Assembly: GCA_951406725.2 (NCBI GenBank)
Contig: OX597828.1
Span: 1,922,001-1,986,000, forward strand
Direction: 5' to 3'
Origin: Octopus vulgaris
Taxonomy: Eukaryota
Length of the DNA: 64,000 nucleotides
Below, piece by piece: positions 1-11,818 of this stretch. The notes under the pieces were generated by a model. That model saw nothing but the letters and a program-made list of their open reading frames with translations. It made no database searches and was not told where the DNA came from. The translations under genes were made by a program, and so were the position numbers. The number at the start of each line of letters is the position of its first letter. The stretch's first letter is position 1.

Positions 1-1202
1 GCATGCGGAAGGGAGCGCCATAGCACTTAAAGAACTTTTTACAAGGAAACTGGTATGCCATACTTTGATTTATTAACAAAATTTAATCTGACAAATTTTA
101 TGGATTTGCAACGTAAAACTGAAGAAGCAGTTAAAATCCATTGCAGAAGAGAAAAAAAAAATCATTATTTGTTTTGTCTGATTATGTGGTCTGGTGCTGT
201 TGTAATTTAAGGACAATTTACATTGCTGTTTTTACTTGTCCGTTGGCAAAACGTAAACACGACAATATTCCCTTTTCATTACGTATTACTATGATTTAGA
301 AGAGAGATCATTGCATAATATATTTTCAGAAAACAACGTATACAAAAGAGCATAGACGATGTGTATCAAACGTAGCACACGGGACATATTTTTCTGGCGC
401 ATATCCTTCATGCATGTCACACATTCCTGTTTTTTTTTTTTTCTGTCAGCAGAAAGGAACGTATGAAACAAGGGATACTAAAAGTCTGAAAATAAGCCTA
501 GACGTTTAGGACAAACTTATAAAGTGCTTTGGACAAGCAAAGCGTGAACGATTAACAGACGAATATGGCTGTAGGAAGATCTCTTCTACCTAAATCAAAC
601 TAATATTTTAGTTTTCCTTTGCATTAATGGCTGATTTCATTACCATTCAATATATCACGGAAACAGAAATGTATCTCTTGATCTCCAGTTTACGACTTTG
701 GTTCGAAGAATGCATTTAACTCAATAACGTTGATATCAAGAATGCTGTTATCCTTTTCGAGCTCTTATCCTTATCTTCTTAATTGATCTATAATAGGTCA
801 AGCTGACTTTGATGCATACTAATTATCGTTCGACATTCTTTGTCCTAACTTTCAATTCAAATCGATCAGGAAATTCAAAGACAAACTTGAGATTAATACT
901 CCTCGATTCCACTATCCATCTGATAGTAGTTACAACTTAATCTCATTAATCATGAATTATGGTCTAATATTTCTGCAAAGTTTTAAAATCTCTTCTGTAC
1001 AAAATTTAAAGTTGTCATCCTTGCCATGTTGTTTAACTCACTTAACTTATAAAGAACAGTGCTGCTACTGCTGCATATATAAGCTCACAGGCATAGTGTC
1101 TCTTCCCTCTGAGTGTATCGCTACAATAAATCCCTGTTCCTAGGAACTGGTTGGGCTCACACACATCCACCTCTGATTGTTTATATGAGAATACTTAAGA
1201 TA

Positions 1203-1396
1203 TTGATTTCAAATTTGGCACAAGGCCAGAAAATTTGGGGAAGGGGCTAGTCTATTACATTAACCCAAGTGCTCAAATGGTACTCATTTTATCGATCCCG
1301 AGAGGATGAAAGGTAAAGTCAATCTCGGCAGAAGTTGAGCTTAAAGCGCAAAGACGGACGAAATGTCACTGCGCATATGCCTGTCGCGCGCTATAG
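1203..1396 (-). mobile_element. tRNA-derived SINE, family A (Deu/Nin-like domain), diverged copy
   Basis: Reverse complement aligns with the family A copies at 14670 and 27151: head ggcgagctg.cagaatc, B-box-like gttcaa, and central gactttgcctttcatcctttcggggtcgataaa. Confidence 0.8.
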
Positions 1397-1434
1397 ATTC
1401 TGACAGCTCGCGCCTTGAAAATATTTAAAATATC

Positions 1435-1770
1435 CCTTTTCTACTCTAGGTACAAGACCCCAAATTTTTGAGGAGGGAGCCAGCCGATTACATCGACCCC
1501 AGTACACAACTGGTACTTAATTTATCGACCCCGAAAGGATGAAAGGCAAAGTTGACCTCGGCGGAATTTGAACTCAGAACGTAAAGCCAGACGAAATACC
1601 TATTTCTTTACTGCCCACAAGGGGCTACACACAGAGGAGGACAAACAAGGACAGACAAATGGATTAAGTCGATTACATCGACCCCAGTGCGTAACTGGTA
1701 CTTAATTTATCGACCCCGAAAGGATGAAAGGCAGAGTCGACCTCGGCGGAATTTGAACTCAGAACGTAGC
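1435..1770 (-). mobile_element. SINE family A, internally tandem (2 units), 5'-truncated
   Basis: Two successive copies of atttatcgaccccgaaaggatgaaaggc...cggcggaatttgaactcagaacgt; 3' end cttttctactctagg. Confidence 0.85.
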
Positions 1771-2312
1771 GAAATGTTAGCGGTATTTCGTCTACCACTA
1801 CGTTCTGAGTTTAAATTCCGCCGAGGTCGACTTTGCATTTCATCCTTTCGGGGTCGATAAATTAAGTACCAGTTACGCACTGGAGTCGATGTAATCGACT
1901 TAATACCTATGTCTGTCCTTGTTTGTCCCCTCAATTTTTAGCCCCTTGTGGGTAATAAAGAAATAGGTATTTCATCAGCCGCTACGTTCTGAGTTCAAAT
2001 TCCGCCGAGGTCGACTTTCATACTTTCGGGGTCGATTAAATAAGTACCAGTTACACACTGATGTCGATATAATCGACTTAATCCGTTTGTCTGTCCTTGT
2101 TTGTCCTCTCTGTGTTTAGCCCCTTGTGGGTAGTAAAGAAATAGGTATTTCATCTGTATTAACGTTTTGAGTTCGATTTCTGCCGTGGTGGACTTTGCCT
2201 TTCATCCTTTCGAGGTCGATAAATTAAGTACCAGTTGTGTACTGGGTCGATGTAATCGGCTGGCTCCCTCCCCCAAAATTTCGGGCCTTGTGTCTAGAGT
2301 AGAAAAGAATAT
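1771..2312 (+). mobile_element. SINE family A, internally tandem (3 units)
   Basis: Three copies of ggtatttc...cgttctgagttcaaattccgccgaggtcgac...aagtaccagtt, about 180 bp apart; ends ctagagtagaaaagaatatt. Confidence 0.85.
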
Positions 2313-2904
2313 TATATTGTTTTTGGATGCAAATGCATGAAAGGGAAATTTGATGTTTCTAGCATGGAAACTAGGAATACAAAGTAACAGGATTACACAA
2401 TGTAGTAGATTTAGTACGGTGATCAGCTGTCACTGTCACATGGTCATATTGGCTTTGAAGTATTATTTCTGTTAGTTATACCTGAACTGATAACTGTTAC
2501 TGATTAAATGTTGTGCTTAAGGTGTTGAAAGTCCATATTTTGTGCAAGTCAACAACGCGTTTTACTACAGAGAGTCATTTTTAAGTAGGACGGAAATATT
2601 TGTTGATGTGGATTCCTAATTTACAACATGTAGACTTTAAAAAGAACTCTTGGGGAATCGGACGTATTTATTTTGCCATTGTAATGTAAAAAAAATGGTT
2701 GAAACGGGACAACGACTAGAAATTTTAGAAAAAAAAACAGACTAAATGCGTATATTTTGTACACATTCTTTACTTCAAACTTTCAAATACGTCACAACTT
2801 AATCGAGTAGAGATTGCATACTCTAAGACTTTTCTATCAAAATAAATTCCAGTTTGTATTCTTGATTTTCATGTTTTCTTTTAAAGCAGCTATTCTCTCC
2901 TGTA

Positions 2905-3020
2905 AAGGCTGTGAACTGGTAGAATCGTTAACACATCGGACAAAATTCTAAGCGGCATATATTCCTGCTCTTTATGTTTTCAGTTCAAACTCCGAGGAGG
3001 TCGACTTTGCAAATTTGAAA
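2905..3020 (+). mobile_element. SINE family A, 5' fragment
   Basis: ggctgtgaactggtagaatcgttaac...ttcagttcaaactccgaggaggtcgactttgc. Confidence 0.65.
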
Positions 3021-3619
3021 CCGCCGCCATCGTTTTTAAAACACAGATATATGTTTCTCTTTCTATTCTCTTGGATAAGATCATCTGGTAGAAAACAGTC
3101 CTGTTTTAGAAAATTTTCTCAATTATTATTTTATCTTTGACCAAGTCAAAATTGTTTTCGTAGGGACTATATGAATGATATACATGATTGTTTCTGAGCG
3201 TGTAGCCCTGGTAGTTATCGCTACCGCTAAAAGTATTCGTTAAACTGTGCAAAATAGCTCCCCTTCCTATGATTTGTTGCTTATTAAAATGATCTTTATT
3301 TTCTTAGTTTTGTTCTGCTTTCATTTACTTCTGCTATCTTTTATTTTGTGTGCCGTTGAAATATTTTGTTTTAATAAGGTCAACATACCTTTTAGATTGG
3401 TTGACCTGAAATGTCATTAAATATCATCAAAATGTGAGACTCTTTAAAAAGTATGTCTATTTCTGTTTTCAACTGGCACATTTAATCGGGACACTGGTCC
3501 CTTGATTTATGGAATATTAATGAGTTTTGTGCCATTGTCATCATCTTGCCTTGTTTACAAACCATAAACCAGGTTTGCCGTATTTTTCACATCGTTGCAA
3601 AAGACCATATGACTGTAAA

Positions 3620-4900
3620 GATAGTTATTGATCAAGAAAGTCATAGATGGAGACTGTAGGAGGAGAAATAAGTACCAGAGTATAGCATGTATTAACTTCC
3701 AGAAGGCTTTTGATAGTAACCCTCCGCTACACTCCTGTTTTTCTCTGGTGTCTTTACGGACATGTTAAAAAAGACCAGATGCAGATACAAATGCAATGGT
3801 GCGAACAGGAACCGTCTTTGAATAAGGATGAGTTAATGTTTAGCCTGCTGGTGATAACAAACTAGAAACTCTACAACTTTACTGTAGACAGTATATATGG
3901 ATTGCCCATCCCCGATGAAATATGAAATCTGGAGTAGGACAATGTAATCTCAATTTATGAAAGAAAGGATTGGAGAGGAATATTAACTTATTAGATTAAT
4001 ATTCTAAATTGTATGTTAAACGAGTTAGGAAAGAGAAATGACAACTGCAATGAATTTAGGATCCAGCAACGATAGAATATGTGGAGATGAGGATGGAAAC
4101 AACGCACCGTTTCTAGATCAAAAGTCGACTCGATTGGGTCTGCTTGTTGAATGTCATCGACGCTGAGAGTTTCTCCGAGAATGTCACCACCACAAATCTG
4201 ACGAATATATAGACAAAAAAAAAGAAGACTTAGCGGTACAATTTCTTTAAAATAACCACGGTAAAACTACAAAACTATCTGGTAAAAAAGTGGAAAGGCT
4301 AATCCAAAAGCTACAAAAAAATGAACAATAGAATACAACGCAACCGTTATGAACAAAACAAGGGAAGCATCAAATAAAACAGTCAAAAGGCCAAAATCTA
4401 GTAATAAAGAGTGTCATGATGAAACAATTACAAAAGGAGCCCAATATAAACAACACCAGAAAAATGGAAAATCTTCAAAAGTGTTTAAAAAGGCGTATCC
4501 ACCAGAAATCATTCTACAGAAAATGTAAAGTTGTGAAAGAAACAAATAACCACAAAGCCAATCAATACTCAATGTTCAAGAAGTCAAAAAGAATACCCAT
4601 GCCTTATGTAGTTGGAACTTATATGTATTGGAATGTATGCCCAACATTATAAGATATCAAGATAAAAGCTCTCAGAGGCTAAAAAAAGCGATTATTCTCT
4701 GGAATATGCCAATACAGATCGATATATCAAACCGTATCCATCAGAATTGCTGTAGAAAGTGACCTCCTAACCGGAGTATCAGTTACAAGACATGATTATA
4801 CATTTCTCAAAAAATGAAGATATCAAAATATAAAAATATGAAAAATTTTGATGAAATTAAGATTACAAAATACCACGATAAAACGTTGGCAAAATCCGCC
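3620..4900 (+). pseudogene. Highly degenerate R4/Dong-like (RT-RLE) non-LTR retrotransposon fragments
   Basis: Remnant motifs: IACINFQKAFDS (RT motif 3, ~3685), VGTYMYW (~4610; compare VGTYIH in the 39894 ORF) and ILWNMPI (~4695). Confidence 0.55.
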
Positions 4901-5639
4901 GCTAAATGGCAAAAAATGTAAATAGCTGGACGCGGTACAAAGAAAAATTCCATCACCATGTAGCTCAAAGAAGCGGTGACTGGAGGGTTCTTGACTGCCA
5001 TACAAGATTAAAGTCTTTCCCATCAAAAACCACCAAAAGTATCTAATGAATTTAGGATGTAGTAACAATAGATGAGGATGAAAACACCACATCGTTTCTG
5101 GATCAATTGTCATCAATTGTCATCGTTGATTGTCAACGACGCTGCGAGTTGCTCCGAGAATGTCATCATGTTTCCTTATAGCTCAAACAGAAAGCAAAAA
5201 AAATCAAAGTTCCTTCCTGAGTCATTTGCTCATAAGACTGATTTCCACGGTCTTACTGCGCGCATTCACTGCCTAATAAAGGATTGCGAATGCTCTCTGT
5301 TTGTCAGTCTATAAATAGACGGGAATAGCTCTCTTAAATTGACGAATTTTATTGCTGGCCGTCCAAGTTTCTCTGTAGATTGAGCAGCTATGATACACAT
5401 GTGTGTTTCAAAAGCTACCGCATATTAAGCCGTCCGCGCAGAGGTCTTTAACAACAAATAAAACGCTTGATCACAGGAACACCCCACTTTCACAAGAAGT
5501 GGAAGAGCAATTACTCTTATCAAGTCAGATGTATGACACGACAAGGCACGACAGTTTAGACAGTAAAAAAAGTAACGGAGGTGTTATTAGAGTTTGCTAC
5601 CTTTGCCCAATCTTTTATGGGTGATTTTCTCTCGCTTCA

Positions 5640-6250
5640 TTTCTAGTCGATACTGTCCTCCCTGCTCGTAATTGCATTTCAGTTCCTATCTAAATGAAGC
5701 GGGGAACCGAACCAGATCTTGAGTAATTTAATCGGTTTTGTCGGTCCAGCGCCAAATGACGCTGGTTGACAGTATGAACTTGCTGTGCTGCAAGCCCTCT
5801 TGCTTATCCTGGTAAAACTTTGCTCATATAATCACCCCGTATTGCTTTAGCACAGCGTCAATCACAGCCGTGGAATCTGACTGTATAATTGAAACGTCGT
5901 CTGCATGTGCTGACATGGATGACATGCAACAGTTCGTATTGGATACCTCTCAACACCTCTAGACTTTGGGATGGACAAGGAGCGTGATTAAAAATGGTTC
6001 TGCAGAGTGAGCATTTAGTCTGAACACCGAGCAGATGTCATCGCATACTGCGCTATTCTGACTCCGAAGACCTGACCAAATCCAGCTGTCTTGAGGAGAT
6101 ACATCAACTGGAGTTGATCGAAATCGATCATAATACTTCCCAAGCCACATTTGTTATCTAAAATCTCTAAGATTGCTTCGTATGAGATGGAGTCTGTGGA
6201 TTGAAAGCACATCATATTCGTTGTGAAGTACATTTAAGCTCAAACCATGT
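5640..6250 (-). pseudogene. L1/Tx1-like reverse transcriptase fragment
   Basis: Minus-strand remnants LLKTAGFGQVF, SVFRLNAHSAEPF, SAHADD (YADD motif) and KLLKIWFG, in the order expected for L1-clade RT. Confidence 0.6.
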
Positions 6251-6262
6251 CTGCACCCGTAA

Positions 6263-6779
6263 GTATAATTACCAACACAAGAACATGTATCATGCATCAA
6301 AATGAAGCATACTATGAGTTTATTGTTTTCCCTTTTGGCAAGAAATCGACCAGAATGACACCTTGAGCATCCCAAAAGACAGTCGCCATGATTTTTCTAG
6401 CTGACTTTTGCGTCTTGAATTTTTTCGGTGGCGGTGACGTAGAGCGGCGCCATTCCATTAACTGACTCTTTGATTCCGGTTCATAATGATAAACCCATGT
6501 TTCATCACCTGTTACGAGCTTTCGAAAGAAGGTGTTGTCTCTTTGATTTTGCAGTGAAGAAGTGGCTCAAAGAACAGTCAACAGAATTTTACAGAGCAGG
6601 GATACATGCTCTCATTGCTATTGAGGGATACATTGCTATTGAGAGAAACTGTGACTATGTTAAGAAGTAGGGATGTGATCCACAGAGGACCGGCTTCATT
6701 TTGCTGCATAATACATGTTCCTGTGTTGGTAATTATGCCTGTCCTAAACAAAATAGCATTTCTTTTTGACTCACCTTCG
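6263..6779. mobile_element. Rearranged non-autonomous mariner derivative
   Basis: An inverted transposase piece on the minus strand at 6345-6515 (VTGDETWVYHYEPESK...IMATVFWDAQGVILVDF); a transposase C-terminus on the plus strand at 6550-6670 (KWLKEQSTEFYRAGIHAL...DYVKK); 6263-6307 is an inverted copy of 6694-6737; the right end is ...caccttcg followed by TA. Confidence 0.8.
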
Positions 6780-6789
6780 TAGCATAGCT

Positions 6790-7200
6790 TTAATCGGTGT
6801 AAGCCCTGTTAATGCTCGCAGTCTAGATTTGACTTAGAAGAAAGATTGTCTACTCGGTGACCTCAGCTCACCAGATATAGTTGCCATCAGCGAGACAAAT
6901 ATTTCCGAATCGCAAACCATTACCCTAACTTTCGATGGCTAACAGGGGTTGACATCTTCAGATCGGGAGGTGACGTCACTGTGCATTTCCAGAAAGGCCT
7001 TGCTATTTGGACCATAGTGTGGGGAATATTAGACGGAATAATTAGAAACTTAGAAGAGGCATTAGAAAAAGTATCACACCCGACGTGCTTGCAGCTGAAT
7101 TTGCCTTTGACCAATTTCTCAACGCGAAGAACAAAGGCTGCTTCGCCAGAGCTAAAAATGCGTAATCAAGGACCTGAAGGACCGAAAGCTGTTTAACGTG
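6790..7200 (+). pseudogene. APE-endonuclease N-terminal fragment of an L1/Tx1-like element
   Basis: VNARSL...DIVAISET, matching APE motifs I and II (NxxG/SL; DIxxLQET). Confidence 0.45.
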
Positions 7201-8228
7201 TTCATGGAGTAGAGATGTAAGGAGGCAATGCGTTTCTCATTATTGTATATGTTTGGAAGCAAAGTAGGTTATCATCACCTATTCTAAATTATAATAATTT
7301 GTTGTTGTGGCAAGCGTAGAAGAAATAGTGAGCATCAAAAACATCAATTTCTCGATCCTTACAAAACTTAAGTTCACAGTTGTAAGGATTTTGTCATTAT
7401 ATTTTGACTTTAATTCTATTGCATGAATGTTGCATAACTGAAATGTTCATTTATAAATATTCCTTTTGTTATTTAAGAAAATACATGTATGTGAGCACAT
7501 TAATTAATAACGTTCTTCCTTTTTACTTAATGTTCATTGGCAATGGTCGCTTATATAATGTTTTTCGTTTCTACATAATCATCGGTTTTCCTCAATAAAG
7601 GAGTGGTGAAACTGCACGAGTAGCAAATGGTAACAATGTCTGAGAAATAAAAAAAAAGATGGTGCTCCAGTGTGTACTGGGTCACCATGGCCCAAATTAA
7701 CTAGTACCTCAAAGAACTGGATGGGAATGAAAATTGAGTTGTGAATTTTCATCAACGATCACTTGTGTCCCGGATACGGAACTAATGAAACTTTCACTAT
7801 CTGATTTTTGTCGACAGAACATATATATTCCAAGCGATTGATATATCATCATATACATTCAAAACTATTTATCATCGTTCCTTTCCTTAGAGACGAGTTT
7901 ATATTTTGTTCGTCTTAGAAAGATATCAATAACTGACATATTAATAGTTACTTTGTATATTACAACTTCAAATTATAAAAAGTCATCTATTACAATGATT
8001 TAGTTTATATTAAGAGGTCTCGGACATTAGGGTTTTTAACTTGAAATGAAGGAAGCTACCTATTTGTCTTATAAATGAATGTATTGCATAATTTCTCTTC
8101 TGATTATTTCCCTAAACATTACCAAAACATCATTTTGACCATATGCTAATGTAAGAAATGGAATTCACTTAAGGAAGATAATCGTTGAAACATCTTGCAA
8201 CTCATTTCTTGATAAATAATTGTTATAT

Positions 8229-8973
8229 GCATAATTAAATCTCAGAATGAGATTGAAACAGTAATCGCTCGATAATGTAAAGTATAGAAGCCATCTTATC
8301 AGGGCTAACCACATTGGGGAGGGGGTGTTACTGTAGCTTTATAGCCCCAAGAGATCTTCGTCTCTAGCTGGCTTTAGACACAATATCTGTGTCCTTGGAG
8401 TATTTGCAAAGAGAGGCCATCCCTTCCTCGCAAGCCTGAGTGATACGCTCGAACTAGTTTCGGGATTGTTGTCCCTCGTCAACGGGCGGTAACCACCAGG
8501 TAGCGATGAAAGTGAAGGCTCCTTTACAAATATATATAAGTTTTTCTAATGGCGTCTGTCACTGATGTCGAAAAACGAACAATAAGCATAATTACATCTC
8601 AGAATGAGATTGAAACAGTAATCGCTCGATAATGTAATCTCAGAATGAGATTTAATTATGCTTATTGTTCGTTTTTCGACATCAGTGGCAGACGCCATTA
8701 GAAAAACTTATATATATTTGTAAAGGAGCCTTCACTTTCATCGCTACCTGGTGGTTACCGCCCGTTGACGAGGGACAACAATCCCGAAACTAGTTCGAGC
8801 GTATCACTCAGGCTTGCGAGGAAGGGATGGCCTCCCTTTGCAAATACTCCAAGGACACAGATATTATGTCTAAAGCCAGCTAGAGACGAAGATCTCTTGG
8901 GGCTATAAAGCTACAGTAACACCCCCTCCCCAATGTGGTTAGCCATGATAAGATGGCTTCTATACTTTACATT
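8229..8973. repeat. Long inverted repeat (~320-bp arms) with a 52-bp direct repeat, made of hammerhead-containing Penelope pLTR-like or retrozyme-like sequence
   Basis: 8273-8594 is the reverse complement of 8654-8973 with only a few substitutions; 8229-8280 recurs at 8586-8638. Confidence 0.9.
8759..8801 (+). ncRNA. Minimal type I hammerhead-ribozyme-like motif (U3 variant); mirror copy at 8446-8488 on the minus strand
   Basis: cgcccg TTGACGA ggga-caacaa-tccc GAAA c-ta-g T T cgagcg: stem I with 5 of 6 pairs, perfect 4-bp stem II, and a short palindromic stem III (actagt). Confidence 0.6.
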
Positions 8974-10489
8974 AATTGTTATATGTTTGTGGTATATGGA
9001 AACTGTTAGAACAGGTACAGATTTTATTCAGAAAATATATGTTGCTTTTCCTTCTGTTTCTGTTTTACTTCTCGTCGTGGGTATGAAAAGAAGGTATTAT
9101 TTAAAAAACAGTGTCTTACTTAAGTAACTTATATGTTGCGAGGTAATTATTTTGCACATGAATGGCAGAAATACTATACCTTCGTTTTATCTTTCTGTTC
9201 GTTGTACTCAGTCCGTGAGATTAGTGTATTTTCTCGAACTCTTGAGAGCTTCCAACGTCACATCCTTTTCGGAAGTACCTGTTTCAAACGTAGTGACATT
9301 GTCATGACTAGGATCCTACATCAAATTAGAAATATCAAAAATGTACTTCCTACACAGCATTGGAGAATATGCTTCTTGCTTCTGAACAAATTTGTCTTAA
9401 CATTATCTATTTTCTCCATCTCACTTGTGTATTCGTTGCATTCATCGTCCCTTTTATTATTGGATCTTTTAAAAAATACAATTGTAGGTACGACAACTAC
9501 CGTTGGTTTGAGTAGTCATAGAACGATTTTGAGTCTGTGTTATAGAAACGACTGCAATATTTTACACAAGCTTGCAGTATCTCTGATGAGAGTATCTAAG
9601 TCTTGGTTGCGTCGACGTATTCAATGAACACTACGCAAAAGAGGTTTCTTGGCATTATGAAGGGGCTTAAGTTGATATCCTAGCATTGTTTCTTTTACCA
9701 CAGCCTCATCCTTGTCGGTTTCTATGTAACTCTGTTCTAGTTTGTTTTGTACTCAAGGAACAAAATCAAATAAGCTAAAGTTTTTTTTCTGGTGATTTGT
9801 AGACATATTACCGCAACGCTTCAACTCAATAGTAAGGACTTTGATTTTGTGATCTCTTGACCTTGTCGTAGCATCTATAACAGAACCACTGTCTCCATAC
9901 TTATGAAGTGGATGATCGACTACTAGCACAGACCATGTATTGTGGGTTCCTTGTTAACTTTCAATATGTGAGTGTCTCAATAGCAGAAAAACACCACGAT
10001 GTATTTGTTTCGAATTAAAATATGTAACTTTGACAGCGCTGCTCCTGAAATGGGCTATTGTTTCTAACACCGAGAACTACCATATCCTTCTTTTGACAGT
10101 ACTCTTTTTTTCTTTTGGTTTTTAGGGCAAAATATTGAAATCATTGATGTACATTGGATCATTGTAAAAGAGCTCCATTTATAACTCCAGTACATCTTCA
10201 TAAAATATATTTATTGCAAGAAAATATAGAGACTGCTTAAAGTCTCTATCTATATCATAATTATTTTTGCTTCAATAACGATGATTTCAGCTGTGAAAAC
10301 ATTCCCTTTAATCGAATGCCGGCTTTAGAGTAATCTCATATATTATATTTATGTGCGTGTGTGTGTGCGTGCGTGTGTGTGTGCGTGTGCGTGTGTATAG
10401 GTACCTATACATACACACATGCCTACACAGATATGTGTATGTGTGTATATATATATATATACATATAAATGTAATATGTAACAATTATT

Positions 10490-10553
10490 CGGTAAAACTC
10501 CGAGTTTCAGATGCCGGGGTGGAAATACACACCGCCATCTCTTCAGTTATCCG
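10490..10553 (-). ncRNA. Type I hammerhead-ribozyme-like motif
   Basis: Reverse complement: cggataa CTGAAGA gatg...catc t GAAA ctc-g-gag T T ttaccg, with the core boxes and all three stems present. Confidence 0.6.
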
Positions 10554-10660
10554 GCCATCGGAAAAAATGCATGTTACAAGTAAATGTTATATGTGGAGAT
10601 ATATTTGTAGAAAATAGGAATAAGCGGTCTTTGACTGCTATTTCTAAACTTTCTGTATGT

Positions 10661-10753
10661 GGTTAAGCAACTTCTTGGCTGAAACAAGTAAAAGAGTAAG
10701 AGTAAAAGATAGTTTCGGTATGGAAATCTAACCATTATCGGTAGGAACCTTTA

Positions 10754-10801
<48 letters not shown>

Positions 10802-10820
10802 GGTTAAGCAACTTCTTGCA

Positions 10821-10851
<31 letters not shown>

Positions 10852-10930
10852 GTAAAGGTTCCTACCGATAATGGTTAGATTTCCATACCGAAACTATCTT
10901 TTACTCTTACTCTTTTACTTGTTTCAGCCA
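10661..10930. repeat. Local inverted duplication with a 17-bp direct repeat
   Basis: 10676-10805 is the reverse complement of 10820-10930 (the TA runs differ in length); ggttaagcaacttcttg occurs at 10661 and 10802. Confidence 0.85.
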
Positions 10931-11225
10931 TTTGACTGCGGCCATGCTGGAGCACCGCCTTTAGTCGAGCAAATCGACCCCGGGACTTATTCTTTGTAAG
11001 ACCAGTACTTATTCTATCGGTCTCTTTTGCCGAACCGCTAAGTGACGGGGACGTAAACACACCAGCATCGGTTGTCAAGCAATGCTAGGGGACAAACACA
11101 GATACACAAACACACACATACATATATATATATGTATACGACAGGCTTCTTTCAGTTTCCGTCTACCAAATCCACTCACAAGGCATTGGTCGGCCCGGGG
11201 CTATAGCAGAAGACACTTGCCCAAG
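10898..11225 (-). mobile_element. SINE family B (CORE/OR2-like), head missing at the Penelope junction
   Basis: Tail cttttacttgtttcagccatttgactgcggccatgctggagcaccgcc, internal CA/TA tract, and body ending agacacttgcccaag. Confidence 0.85.
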
Positions 11226-11277
11226 CATCTGCTCTCTCCCCACGAACTCGCCCTGCAGTCTCCCGCCTCCCTTTTCC

Positions 11278-11818
11278 CCTCACCTACCACCCCACCACCC
11301 TACCTCTCCAACGCACCATTCTCCAAGCTTTCCGGCATCTCCAGTCCGACCCGTCCACTTCACACATCTTCCCTAACCGACCCCTCCCCTCCTTCAAACG
11401 AGCCCACAACCTACGAGACCTCTTGGTCCACAGCTTCTTCCCCAACCCCACCTCCCAACCTGGTTCGTTCCTTTGCTCCCGCCCACGCTGCCGTACTTGC
11501 TCTTACCTCTGTAACAGCAGCTTCCTCACTGGCATCCATCATCGACCCTATCGCATCACCGACTCCTTCACCTGCACCTCTACCAATATCATCTATTGCA
11601 TCTCCTGCTTTCTCTGCCATTCTCTGTACATCGGACAAACGGGACGCCGCTTGGCTGACCGGTTCGCAGAACACCTCCGAGACATCCGACTCAGCAATGA
11701 CACCCCGATCTCACGCCATTTCTGCTCTACCGGTCACTCTTTGCAACACCTGTCCATGTTCGGATTGTCCTTGCCCAGAGGCCATCCGGATCCCGTTTGC
11801 GCCGTGAACAGGGATTAA
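11278..11818 (+). pseudogene. Penelope-like linker plus GIY-YIG endonuclease domain (C-terminal part of the ORF)
   Basis: The frame of ORF 11423-11818 is open upstream: LTYHP...FKRAHNLRDLLVHS...CSRPRCRTC...FTCTSTNIIYCISCFLCHSLYIGQTGRRLADRFAEH...HF...H. Confidence 0.88.

Noticed and set aside
1-58. Possible exon end HAEGSAIALKELFTRKL followed by gtatgc
   Set aside because: Too short and cut by the window edge; no supporting homology.
1435-2312. Regularly spaced repeats suggesting a CRISPR-like array
   Set aside because: The whole ~180-bp unit repeats with no unique spacers, there are no cas genes, and the context is a eukaryotic SINE.
9133-9627. 164-aa ORF
   Set aside because: No recognisable motif, and the composition is typical of chance AT-rich ORFs.
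11082-11807. 241-aa S/P/T-rich ORF
   Set aside because: It is an alternative frame over the SINE-Penelope junction; the real coding frame is the GIY-YIG one.
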